This document shows, piece by piece, positions 51,561 through 61,048 of a stretch of DNA of 61,141 bases (position 1 is the first letter of the stretch; every line of letters starts with the position of its first letter). The position numbers and the translations under genes are program-made. The stretch lies in NCBI GenBank assembly GCA_964417835.1, contig CAYQJD010000002.1, positions 1 to 61,141 of the forward strand, written 5' to 3'. Under the pieces are notes generated by a model. The model saw only the letters and a program-made list of their open reading frames with translations, was not told where the DNA came from and did not search any database. The DNA comes from an uncultured Muribaculaceae bacterium. Lineage in GTDB: Bacteria > Bacillota_I > Bacilli_A > RF39 > UBA660.

Positions 51561-53013
51561 ATTAGGATCTTTTAAAACGATAATAAATATTATAGTATTT
51601 ATTGTTTTTACTGTATTGTCTTTAATAATTCTTTACTATCATGAACCTTGGAGAGACGAAGCCCAAGCTTGGCTAATAGCAAGAGATTTAAATATTATTG
51701 GTATATTTAAACAAATGGTTTATGAAGGTCATCCTTGTTTATGGCATTTAATTTTATTTCCCTTTGCCAAATTAGGGATGCCTTATTCATGTATGAGATT
51801 AATAAGCTGGTTTATTATGTGGATAACTGCGTTGTTAATTTTAAAAAAATCCCCCTTTAATATTGTTAGCAATGTTTTAATTATATTTTCTACACCATTT
51901 TTATATACATACTCTTCAATAGCAAGAAGTTATTGCTTAATTCCATTAGCGATTGTATTAATTGCAATTAATTATGAAAAAAGACATGATAAACCTCTAA
52001 AATATATTTCATCATTACTTTTATTATCAAGTACGCATGTAATTATGTTTTCGATGGTTGGAATATTATTTTTGCAGTTCTTTTATGATGAAATTATAGT
52101 ACGACGCAATTCAAATTCTAAAAAACAAAAAAAGAAAATTTATTTATGTTTGTTTATATCTATCGTGACATTGTTTATAATTTGTTTCCCTATATTGCTT
52201 AGTTTTAAAAAAAATAGTTTGGTTAATACAGATGCATATTATGTAGAACCATTTCATACTGTTTCTTTTATTAGTTCATTAATTTTCAAAAAAGATACTT
52301 TATATATTTTATATTTTTTAATATTGCTATTCTTATATTTTGTAATTTATGAAATGATATTCTTTAAAAATAATATGTGTATTCTGTATTTAAGTATTAT
52401 TTACCAGATAATAATTTATAACTTTGTTTATGAATATTCAATTCAGCGAATTGAATCATTTATATTTATTTTTATTTTTATAATTTGGATACAAAAGTCG
52501 AATAAAGAAGAAGATAAATTTAGATCTACAAAATTTTTTAAAACTTCTACTATTATATTAAATATTATTTTATTATTTCTTTTGTATAATCATACAAAAA
52601 CAGGATTTGATTGGATTAAAAATGATATTGAAGGGTTATATTCTTCTTCGAATCAAGTAGCAAATTATATAGAAAATAATATGAATGATAATGATGCAAT
52701 AATTGGTGTTAATATGGCAAATACTAGTGCTATTATTCCTTATATAAAAAAAGATATTATATTTTATAGTCCGTCAACAAGAAACTCTTTTACATATGTT
52801 ACTTGGAGCAAAGATAGAAATAATAACTATAATTCACAAGATATTAAATATATGATTGAAAATGATTTAAATGATAGAGATAATATTTATATAGTTTGTA
52901 GTGGAGGATGTAGCTTTGTTAATAATTTACTTCAACAAAAGTATGTTCAATTAGTATTTAGGAGCGATCATTCAGAAAAAGAGGACTATGTTCTTTATAA
53001 GGTAATGAAATAA
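51547..53013 (+). CDS. Polytopic membrane GT-C glycosyltransferase (ArnT/PMT-like)
   Basis: About 11 predicted TM segments. First-loop 'EPWRDEAQAWLIARDL' resembles the ArnT 'PDE.RY.EI.REM' motif. Soluble C-terminal ~130 aa. Confidence 0.6.
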   Translation: MKKNKLGSFKTIINIIVFIVFTVLSLIILYYHEPWRDEAQAWLIARDLNIIGIFKQMVYEGHPCLWHLILFPFAKLGMPYSCMRLISWFIMWITALLILKKSPFNIVSNVLIIFSTPFLYTYSSIARSYCLIPLAIVLIAINYEKRHDKPLKYISSLLLLSSTHVIMFSMVGILFLQFFYDEIIVRRNSNSKKQKKKIYLCLFISIVTLFIICFPILLSFKKNSLVNTDAYYVEPFHTVSFISSLIFKKDTLYILYFLILLFLYFVIYEMIFFKNNMCILYLSIIYQIIIYNFVYEYSIQRIESFIFIFIFIIWIQKSNKEEDKFRSTKFFKTSTIILNIILLFLLYNHTKTGFDWIKNDIEGLYSSSNQVANYIENNMNDNDAIIGVNMANTSAIIPYIKKDIIFYSPSTRNSFTYVTWSKDRNNNYNSQDIKYMIENDLNDRDNIYIVCSGGCSFVNNLLQQKYVQLVFRSDHSEKEDYVLYKVMK

Positions 53014-53057
53014 ATCAATATTTTATTACTTTTTTTATATAATATATTGGTGATATA

Positions 53058-53831
53058 ATGGAATTTAAAATAGGTGATTATGTTTCACGAACTAGCTATA
53101 ACAATGATACTATATTTCAAATAATTGATATCAAGGATGATTTAGTTTACCTAAAAGGGGTGGATATAAGATTATATGCTGATTCTTTGATAGATGATTT
53201 GAATAAATGTGAATATGTTAGTAATGATAATGAGTTTATAGACACTATAGTTTTAAGAGATGGACTTGATAGAAGTGAATATTTTTATTTGCCAGCAAAA
53301 ATATTACATATCGATGGAGACAAAGATTATTTAAATAGATGTATGGAATTTTATAAAAAAGCAAATGTTTTTGCCATTGGAGAATATGTTAATGAAAAAA
53401 ACTTATCGGAAGTTGTATGTAAATTACTTGGAAAATATAAACCAGATATTGTAATTATTACAGGACATGATTCTATTAATAAAAATCTTGATGTAAATAA
53501 TATTAATAATTATAAAAATTCTAAAAATTTTGTTGAAGCTGTTTATATAGCAAGAGAATATGAAAAAAGTCATGAAAAATTAGTTATTATAGCTGGAGCA
53601 TGTCAAAGTGATTATGAAGCTTTAATAAAGGCTGGTGCAAACTTTGCTTCAAGTCCTAAAAGAATTAATATTCATGCTTTAGATCCAGCAATTATAGCAG
53701 TTAATATTGCATTGACTGAAAAGAGTAAGGAAATAGATCTTATAGAATTACTTAATAAAACAAAATATGGCCATGATGGAATAGGTGGACTTAAGTCAAA
53801 TGGAATGATGTATGTGGGTTATCCGAGATAA
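53058..53831 (+). CDS. yabG: Sporulation-specific protease YabG
   Basis: 'ILHIDGDKDYLNRCMEFYKK', 'KPDIVIITGHD'. Confidence 0.85.
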   Translation: MEFKIGDYVSRTSYNNDTIFQIIDIKDDLVYLKGVDIRLYADSLIDDLNKCEYVSNDNEFIDTIVLRDGLDRSEYFYLPAKILHIDGDKDYLNRCMEFYKKANVFAIGEYVNEKNLSEVVCKLLGKYKPDIVIITGHDSINKNLDVNNINNYKNSKNFVEAVYIAREYEKSHEKLVIIAGACQSDYEALIKAGANFASSPKRINIHALDPAIIAVNIALTEKSKEIDLIELLNKTKYGHDGIGGLKSNGMMYVGYPR

Positions 53832-53903
53832 AGTATTGATTTTATTTAATTTTTGTTTTAGAATGAATATAGAGTTAGAGAGACTTGAAAGGAGTGTATG
53901 TTA

Positions 53904-54161
53904 ATGAAAATAACATCTGTTAATGTAAAAAAAGTTGAAAAAGAAGGCTCTAGAATGAAAGGTAAAGCATCTGTTTTATTAGATGATTCATTTGCTATAC
54001 ATGATATAAGAATTATAGAGGGAGATAATGGCTTATTTATTGCTATGCCAAGTAGAAAAACTGCTACTGGTGAATACAAAGATATAGCACATCCTATAAA
54101 TTCTGATGCACGCAAATTATTTGAAGATGCTATTATTGAAGAATATAATAAATCTGAATAA
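53904..54161 (+). CDS. spoVG: Septation protein SpoVG
   Basis: 'HDIRIIEGDNGLFIAMPSRKT..GEYKDIAHPINSDAR'. Confidence 0.95.
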   Translation: MKITSVNVKKVEKEGSRMKGKASVLLDDSFAIHDIRIIEGDNGLFIAMPSRKTATGEYKDIAHPINSDARKLFEDAIIEEYNKSE

Positions 54162-54165
54162 ATTT

Positions 54166-54188
54166 AACTACTTATGTAGTTTTTTTTA
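54166..54188 (+). terminator. Intrinsic terminator after spoVG
   Basis: AACTAC-TTAT-GTAGTT followed by TTTTTTT. Confidence 0.7.
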
Positions 54189-54225
54189 TTTTGTTAATTG
54201 CATATAATTAACCAGGTGATGAATA

Positions 54226-54513
54226 TTGGAAAATAATTTTGATAGTAATGTAATAAGTCATAGTGTAAAAATATTAGAAAGAAATAATATTTTCATTAGT
54301 GGCACAAAAAAAGTTAATAATTTTAATGAAAATGAATTTTCTATTCAATCAGTTATGGGCAATATAACTATTAAAGGCTCAAATTTAGAATTAATTAAGC
54401 TAGATACAAATGATGGAAATATTTGTATAAAAGGTAAAATTAATAGTGTTACTTATTTAGAAGGAATAAATGGAGAAAAAGAAAATGGTTTCTTTACTAA
54501 ATTATTTAAATGA
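54226..54513 (+). CDS. yabP: Sporulation protein YabP
   Basis: 'HSVKILERNNIFISGTKKVNNFNENEFSIQS..GNITIKGSNLELIKLD'. Confidence 0.85.
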   Translation: MENNFDSNVISHSVKILERNNIFISGTKKVNNFNENEFSIQSVMGNITIKGSNLELIKLDTNDGNICIKGKINSVTYLEGINGEKENGFFTKLFK

Positions 54514-54728
54514 TATATTTATTTAACTCTTTATTGACAATAATATATTGGGGAATATTATTGTTGCTTTTAAAAAAAATAAATAATGTGGTTTTAAAAT
54601 CTATTTTGTTATTATTAATATTTATCATTTTTTTTATTCTATTTTTTTTCTTTTTTGATGGGAATTTTAATTACTATAATTATTTAATAATAATATTTAC
54701 ATTTATTTACATTTTTATTTTTAAATAA
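54510..54728 (+). CDS. yabQ: Spore cortex membrane protein YabQ-like
   Basis: Small polytopic protein overlapping the yabP stop; synteny yabP-yabQ-divIC. Confidence 0.6.
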   Translation: MIYLFNSLLTIIYWGILLLLLKKINNVVLKSILLLLIFIIFFILFFFFFDGNFNYYNYLIIIFTFIYIFIFK

Positions 54729-54775
54729 TAATTAAACAAATATAATTTTATGATATTATAATAGTGGAGGTCTAT

Positions 54776-55075
54776 ATGAAAAAAGTAAATAAAGGTGCTA
54801 AAAGAAGATTAGTTTTATTATTTACAATATTTATGGCTTTAACTATATATATGTCATGTACCTCTATAAACTATTGGAAACAAATTCTTAAAAATAATTA
54901 TGAAAAAAAAGAACTTGAAAAAAAGTATGATATGTTATTGTCAGAGAAAGAGGATTTAGAATCAAATGTTATAAAATTACAAGATCCTGATTATGTTGCT
55001 AAATATGCAAGGGAAAAATATTTATATTCAAAAGATGGTGAATTGATAATTAAGATTATTGACGAAACTGAATAA
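54776..55075 (+). CDS. divIC: Septum formation initiator DivIC/FtsB-family
   Basis: TM + coiled coil + 'DPDYVAKYAREKY'. Confidence 0.85.
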   Translation: MKKVNKGAKRRLVLLFTIFMALTIYMSCTSINYWKQILKNNYEKKELEKKYDMLLSEKEDLESNVIKLQDPDYVAKYAREKYLYSKDGELIIKIIDETE

Positions 55076-55095
55076 TTATGTTAAATTTTTTAAAT

Positions 55096-55448
55096 GGGGT
55101 CGTAATGGTTTCGACAAAATATATTTGTATTTAATTGCAAGTGGTCATCAAACCTAAATGGTAACAGTTTAAATTAACTGACAAAACATTTAATAATAAC
55201 GCTCTTGCATTTGCCTAATTTGGTAATAGAGCACTTTAATGAATTTTGCTTATAGGATTTGTTAAAGTTTATTTATATAAGATATAACAATTATTTAGTT
55301 TAGGATAATTGTAGAATTTTTTATAAACTATATTAATAAATAGATGTTAGACTCTTTTTTATTAATGAATTATAATGTCTAACTAAACTTGTAGATGTTA
55401 AATAATAAAGTATTTTGGACAGCAGTTCAATTCTGCTCGGCTCCACCA
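55096..55448 (+). ncRNA. ssrA: tmRNA (transfer-messenger RNA)
   Basis: 5' GGGGTCGTAATGGTTTCGAC. Tag ORF GAC AAA ACA TTT AAT AAT AAC GCT CTT GCA TTT GCC TAA (..DKTFNNNALAFA*). 3' T-arm GGACAGCAGTTCAATTCTGCTCGGCTCCACCA. The acceptor stem contains G3:U. Confidence 0.93.
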
Positions 55449-55452
55449 TATA

Positions 55453-55472
55453 GATAGGAAACTCGAACTTTT
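55453..55472 (+). repeat. Direct repeat, left copy (attL core) GATAGGAAACTCGAACTTTT
   Basis: Identical 20-mer at 61049-61068. Extended 30-mers 55443-55472 and 61039-61068 differ at 3 positions. Confidence 0.85.
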
Positions 55473-55485
55473 CGAGTAGCAATAC

Positions 55486-55514
55486 AAAACGCACTTGATA
55501 AAAGCGCGTTTTTA
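55486..55514 (+). terminator. Terminator now serving ssrA (island-borne)
   Basis: AAAACGC-loop-GCGTTTT followed by T. Confidence 0.5.
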
Positions 55515-56218
55515 TGATATTATGTATTTGTCAAGGAAACTTGCATAAAATAAAAAAGGAACATTCAATATTGCAGTGTTGAGTGTTGCCAATATATTTG
55601 GGTTCACCTAATTTATACTGAGTTAGGTGATTTTCTTTTATATTAATACTATAAATAGTAAAAGTACTAATAGGAAGATAAGAATTACTAGAGAGAAGAT
55701 TAAAAAATCTTTCTTGTTCATTATATCGCCTCCCTTCTTTAGAAGTTTGGCAATCACCCAACTATCAAATGTTCCTAAACAAATTATAGCAAACATTTGT
55801 TTTTAATTCAATGAGTTTATACTAAATTTTGCCAATTTAATAAACACACTTGCATATTGGTATAGCCAATATGTCATAACTCTACAATTTGTAGAGAAAA
55901 TATTATGAGAAATAATTCTAAATTTTAAAAAAGTACTAAGCAATGTGATACTTATTATCAACCACTCCATAGGAAGTTTTTAAAAGAAAATATAAATGAA
56001 TGACTTAGAATTGGCATAAGAGGTAATAAAAAAATCTTAAATTATAAAAATTGGTATGATAATATGTATTGTGATGAATATGAAGTTGAAATAGATAATG
56101 ATAAAAATTTAGATAAAATATTTTAAATTTTGGGATTAGAAAAGATTGCCAAAGTGAACAACAATTATTGACTTAAACCATTGAGTAATATAAAATATTT
56201 ACCAAGAGGCGGTTAATT

Positions 56219-56596
56219 ATGAAAGATATTAATGAAATGAGTTATCAAGAGCTACTAGATTTGGAAAAAATGATAGAGATAGCTAAGAATGAATTTTATG
56301 ATGTAAAGGAGTTGGGCGTTGCAAAGGGACATCTTTGTACACTAACTGATACACTAAATTCTGTTCCACTAAATTCTGCTTTAACTTCGAGTAGTCGAAA
56401 ACGAGTATGTTATAATGATATTTTTTCTGGTGAATTTGTAGGCATTTATTATGAGTTGAATACATTACCTAGTTTAAATGAAGTATTAGATGAGAATATT
56501 ATTCCTTATAAAGAACATATGTGTTTGACTGAAATAGAGGAAGTTTGGACCCAATATAAAAAACAACCAAAACTTATAAAAAAAATAGGTCAATAA
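56219..56596 (+). CDS. Hypothetical protein (125 aa)
   Basis: ORF with SD AAGAGG; no recognisable motif. Confidence 0.45.
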   Translation: MKDINEMSYQELLDLEKMIEIAKNEFYDVKELGVAKGHLCTLTDTLNSVPLNSALTSSSRKRVCYNDIFSGEFVGIYYELNTLPSLNEVLDENIIPYKEHMCLTEIEEVWTQYKKQPKLIKKIGQ

Positions 56597-56616
56597 TCTT
56601 TATTCAATTATGAATT

Positions 56617-56973
56617 TTAAGTGGCTATAAACATTTTGTTAATATATTTTTTAATTGGTTTGATTTTTTCTTTTATTACATATTTATAAAAGTTTGAATA
56701 ATTTCCAATATTATTATCTTGCTCTTTAAAATATTCATAAGTACCTTTTATTGTTGAATCAGGCAATAATAATTTATCTTTTATATCATTTTTATATTTA
56801 TCTAATCGTGATTCTTTATCACGATTTTTAGGTTTACCTTCATAACTATTATTATATTTTTTCACTGTTCTATAATCACATTCATGTATCCTAGCTAATT
56901 CTGCATAATTTGGTTTTATTCCTTGTGTTTTCATTATTAATAACTCCTGTTTTAATTTATTTAATCCTTTCAT
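56617..56973 (-). pseudogene. IS21-family transposase (IstA) N-terminal HTH fragment lacking the DDE domain
   Basis: 'IMKTQGIKPNYAELARIHECDYRTVKKY....PKNRDKESRLDKYKNDIKDKL......GTYEYFKE', typical of IstA N-termini. Ends after 118 aa. Confidence 0.55.
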
Positions 56974-57249
56974 TGTTATACCTCCATATTATGTATAAAA
57001 GTATAGCAAAAGAATGTAGGAAAACCTGCATTTTTATATTACATTTTTCCTACATTCTTATATTATCATTAACATAATGTTACCGAAGAAGATTTTTAAA
57101 ATGCATGGCACGTTTCAGAATACGTAAGAAAATGAAAGTGGCAATAGCAATTTAAAAATTAATACTTTATGTAGTTTTAACTATTTACGAAGTTTATAGT
57201 TATTACTAAATAAAGTAAAACGGATTCTAAGGTGTTAAATCTTAGCCCA

Positions 57250-57330
57250 CTGGATATTTTGTATGCTCGGCGTACAAAATTCCTAGGGGGTTAGAAATTT
57301 TGGATGACCAAAATGCCCACTAAAGTGGTC
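57250..57330 (+). promoter_or_regulatory. Candidate oriT: three consecutive inverted repeats just upstream of mob
   Basis: ATTTTGTA-9 nt-TACAAAAT (57256-57280). ATTTTGG-ATGA-CCAAAAT (57297-57314). CCAC-TAAA-GTGG (57317-57328). Confidence 0.4.
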
Positions 57331-57353
57331 ACTTCTAGAAAGGAGGAAAACTT

Positions 57354-58580
57354 ATGTCAGAACTTGCATATTCATTATATTTGGGTAGTGATAAGAATAA
57401 GAAAAATATATTAAGAAAAAATGGTAAAAACAATTTAAGTGGAACAACTTCTTTACCAAATAACGCTATTCAAAATGTAAGACAATTATCAAAAGTAGAT
57501 AAGCACAATTATAGAAAATATGATAACGAGCAAGACCTAATAGAAATAATTAGAGGTACTTCTTCCCCACTTGATGATGTAAAAGAACTTTATTTAAGTG
57601 AATTTGAAGAAGCAAGATTAGAATATAATTCTAAACAATCTAGACCAAGTCGTATGATAGATAATTATTTTGAAAATGTTTCTAATAACGAGAAAAAGGA
57701 TCTTGCTTGTGAAATAATTCTCGAACTTGGAGATAAAGAATATTGGGATACTAAAGATGACAGTTTTAAAAAGAAAATGTCAGAAGTATATAAAAAACAA
57801 GTTGATGATTTAGAAATGCTTGTCCCTAACTTTAAAGTAGCTTCAGCTATAATTCATTATGATGAAACTAGTCCACATATTCATATTGTTGGTGTTCCAA
57901 TTAAATGCAAAAATAAAAATGGTATGGAAAAACAAGTTGGTAAATCAGATGTATTTACTAAAGAATCATTAATTAGATTACAAGATAAAATGAGAACTTT
58001 ATGTATTGAAGAGTTTAATCAAGTATATAGTTTAGATTCAACTTTAAAGCAAAAACAAAAAGGTAGAAATAGAGATATCCATGTATCTGATATGGATAAC
58101 TATATTGAAATGAAAAAGCAAATTGAAAAGAATACTGAAAATTTAAAACAAGCAAATAAAAAATCTAATGAATTAAAAAGTAACTCAAAAGATATAAAAA
58201 ATAAAATCGATAAATTAAAAATATCTAAATTAAATAAGGATAATTATATTTTATCAAAAGAGGATAAGGATTCTTTTATCGACTTTATCGAACAAGTAGA
58301 TAATACAAGTAAAGAATATGATAAAATACAAACTCTATCGAATACACTAGTTAATTTTCACGAACAATTAAACGATAAGAACAATAAGATAAAAACTCTT
58401 ACTGAAAATAATGAAACACTTAATTTAAGAGTTAAGACTTTAAATAATACTATCAAAGATAAAGATGATGAAATATCCTTTTTAAAATCTAAAATAAATG
58501 ATTTAAAAAATACATTAGAATATTGGAAAGATAAATTTAGTAAGTTAATATCATTTTTACACAGTAAACTTCATAGTTGA
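57354..58580 (+). CDS. mob: MobV-family relaxase. An in-frame TGA is followed by a 39-codon acidic extension to 58700.
   Basis: Motif I 'KHNYRK', motif III 'IHYDETSPHIHIVGVP', coiled-coil C-half. Confidence 0.85.
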   Translation: MSELAYSLYLGSDKNKKNILRKNGKNNLSGTTSLPNNAIQNVRQLSKVDKHNYRKYDNEQDLIEIIRGTSSPLDDVKELYLSEFEEARLEYNSKQSRPSRMIDNYFENVSNNEKKDLACEIILELGDKEYWDTKDDSFKKKMSEVYKKQVDDLEMLVPNFKVASAIIHYDETSPHIHIVGVPIKCKNKNGMEKQVGKSDVFTKESLIRLQDKMRTLCIEEFNQVYSLDSTLKQKQKGRNRDIHVSDMDNYIEMKKQIEKNTENLKQANKKSNELKSNSKDIKNKIDKLKISKLNKDNYILSKEDKDSFIDFIEQVDNTSKEYDKIQTLSNTLVNFHEQLNDKNNKIKTLTENNETLNLRVKTLNNTIKDKDDEISFLKSKINDLKNTLEYWKDKFSKLISFLHSKLHS

Positions 58581-58771
58581 TATGATAAGGATGAGAAATA
58601 TATTGATGTTGTAAATGATATGTATGATGACAATGTTTTAGATAATGATGACATTGAAGATTTAGATTTAAACAAAGCAAAAGATGATTTTGAAAGATAA
58701 TATGTAAAATTTGTTTCAAATAGCAAAAAGTATGTTATAATAAATAACTAAACGAAGGGAGTTTTGAAATT

Positions 58772-59581
58772 ATGAAAATATTTAATGTTGAAAATGGAAC
58801 AAAAAAAGTTTATGTTCAAATGAATGATATAATGATGCTAACTCACTCTGATATATCAATACCAGCTTCAATATTTGAAAAAGTTTTTACTGATATTGTT
58901 ATTGTTAATGATAGTAATAGAATGGACTTTGTTGAATTTACACAACCAAATGAAGTCAAATTTTTTGAAACTTTAGATTGGATTGTTGATTACAAGCAAA
59001 TTAGATATTTATGTGAAGAAGAAATTAAGGAAAAGGGACAAGAAATTGCAAATGAAATGAATGAAATTGCCAATAGATTTAATTCTATGACAGATGATGA
59101 AAAAAGAGATAATCAATCATTAATACAAAGACATGAATTATTAGATTATAAAATGAAATATCTTGCTGAAATATTATGGGTTAAACAAGGTCATGAACAA
59201 ATGCCGTTCCCAATTGTACCTGATTCAGATGGATTTTCATTTGTAGGCGACGATGATTGTGAATATGAAATTAGAGCAAGTCTTGATCCTAATAAAACTT
59301 TACTTTTTAGAAAAGACGGAAAGAAACTATCAAATGATGATAGAATACCACAAGGATTTCTTCAAATGGGTATGTCAATTGCAATAATGGAAAGAAATGA
59401 AAAGAATGCATTTGCTGGAGACTATGAAATGAGCAATTCTCTTACTGAAGATAGTCAATATTTTGTTACAGAATTTAAAGTTAAAAGTTATGATAATAGT
59501 CATGAAGAGCAAGAAGAAGTAAAAGAAGAAAAAGGAATAAAAAGATTAGTAAAAAGAATTTTTAATAAAAATAGAAAGTAA
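58772..59581 (+). CDS. Hypothetical protein (269 aa) immediately upstream of the ATPase-Toprim gene
   Basis: ORF with SD AAGGGAG; acidic/Lys-rich tail; no recognisable motif. Confidence 0.5.
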   Translation: MKIFNVENGTKKVYVQMNDIMMLTHSDISIPASIFEKVFTDIVIVNDSNRMDFVEFTQPNEVKFFETLDWIVDYKQIRYLCEEEIKEKGQEIANEMNEIANRFNSMTDDEKRDNQSLIQRHELLDYKMKYLAEILWVKQGHEQMPFPIVPDSDGFSFVGDDDCEYEIRASLDPNKTLLFRKDGKKLSNDDRIPQGFLQMGMSIAIMERNEKNAFAGDYEMSNSLTEDSQYFVTEFKVKSYDNSHEEQEEVKEEKGIKRLVKRIFNKNRK

Positions 59582-59656
59582 AAAAATAAGGGCTAGTAGA
59601 GACTTATTAATATGATAAGGAACACTATGCTCTTTTTTAGTAGTTAGGAGTAAATT

Positions 59657-60835
59657 ATGTTAAAAATATTTATAGGGTCAAATGGTTATGGAAAAACTTA
59701 TGAATTAGAAAAAATTAAAAAGTCATTATTTGATGAAGATAATAATAGAAAAGATGTTATTATGTTAGGATCAGAATTAGTTTTTGCTGATGAAATGAAA
59801 GATACAGTTAATAATTCCTTTTTAGTGGATTACATCATAAGCGAGTTATTAGTTGATGATGAACTAACAAGTATATAAAAACAATTTGAAAATAAACTAG
59901 ATACTCTTATTAAAGATAATTCAGATATGTACAACGAATTAATGGATGAAACATTAAATTTAAATTCTCATATAAGAACAAAAGATGTCATTGCTCCGCA
60001 AAAAACTAGAGAATACAAAAAGCTAGTAAAAATAAATGCTGATGATTTAAAAGGAAGTATGGGAAGTGGTCAAAAATTACATTTTTTACTTAGGCTAATT
60101 GAAAAAAGTAATAAACAATATATACTTTTAGATGAACCTGAAAATCATTCTCACCCATCTATGCTAAATATAACAGCAAATTTAATAAATAAATTAAGTG
60201 AAACTAAAGATGTATATATAGCAACTCATTCACCTGAATTATTAAATATGTTAAACATTGATTTTGATAATTTATATATTTTTAATGATCCTGAATACAA
60301 AGGACCTAAAACAATAGATTTCAAAAAAGCAGCAAACTCCTTACCTAGTACGATTAATATAGAAAATCTATATTCAAATTCAAAAACATATTATAATGAA
60401 GTGAAACTAAAAACTAATATATTAGAGATTCATAAAAAAGAATTTATGAATGCACTTTTTTCAACTAAAGTATATATGGTTGAAGGTATAAATGATCAAT
60501 TATTTTTAAAGAAAGTATTAAATAAAGCTGGAAAACAATTTGAACAATATAGTATATTTCCTTGCTATGGTAAGCCACACTATTTTCCTTTTGTTGAGAT
60601 ATTTAAAGATTTAGGAATAAATGTAGTTTTACTTTTTGACGAAGATAAAATAAGCAACGAAACTAATAATAAAATTAATACCGAATTACAAAAAAATAAA
60701 CATTATATGTTTACTGAAAATTTAGAAAAAGAACTTGGCTATAATATTACAGATAAAGGAAATTTACCAAAATTTTTAGATTATTTAACAAACTATACTG
60801 ACTATGAGAAATATTTCAGAATTGTAGAGGATTAG
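59657..60835 (+). pseudogene. OLD-family / PARIS-like ABC-ATPase + Toprim nuclease interrupted by a single in-frame TAA (59876-59878)
   Basis: Walker A 'GSNGYGKT' lies in ORF 59657-59878. ABC signature 'SMGSGQK', Walker B 'ILLDEPE', 'ATHSPE' and Toprim 'VYMVEGINDQ ... LLFDEDK' lie in ORF 59927-60835. Both ORFs are in the same frame, with 16 sense codons between the TAA and the next ATG. Confidence 0.75.
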
Positions 60836-61048
60836 AAAATTTCTTCAAAGTTATTGCGTTTTATCGATAAATAGTGTATATTATTTATTGAGATGTGCTT
60901 AGGAAACTTTTGAAGCCTTAGGTCTTTTTCATTTTTATAAAAATAATTTATCAAAATTAGTAAAAGTCATGGTATAATGGTTATAGAATTAAATTGTTTA
61001 TTTATTTGTTGTGATGGTTTCGGACTATCTTAACTATCGCACCAGATT

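Noticed and set aside
55531-55761. 76-aa minus-strand ORF in the region after attL
   Set aside because: No SD and a Cys/Asn-rich sequence with no motif. It lies in what looks like degraded DNA and is treated as non-coding.
58578-59878. Alternative genetic code (TGA=Trp, code 4/25, or TAA recoding) to explain the in-frame stops on the island
   Set aside because: All long housekeeping ORFs in the window are intact under the standard code. The relaxase encodes its other Trp residues with TGG. TAA reassignment is not known in bacteria. Nonsense mutations in a decaying island are more parsimonious.
59657-60835. Reading 59657-59878 and 59927-60835 as two separate genes (AriA/AriB-like split system)
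   Set aside because: Walker A is in the first ORF, while the ABC signature and Walker B are in the second. Both are in the same frame with only one stop between them, so this is one ATPase domain cut by a nonsense codon.
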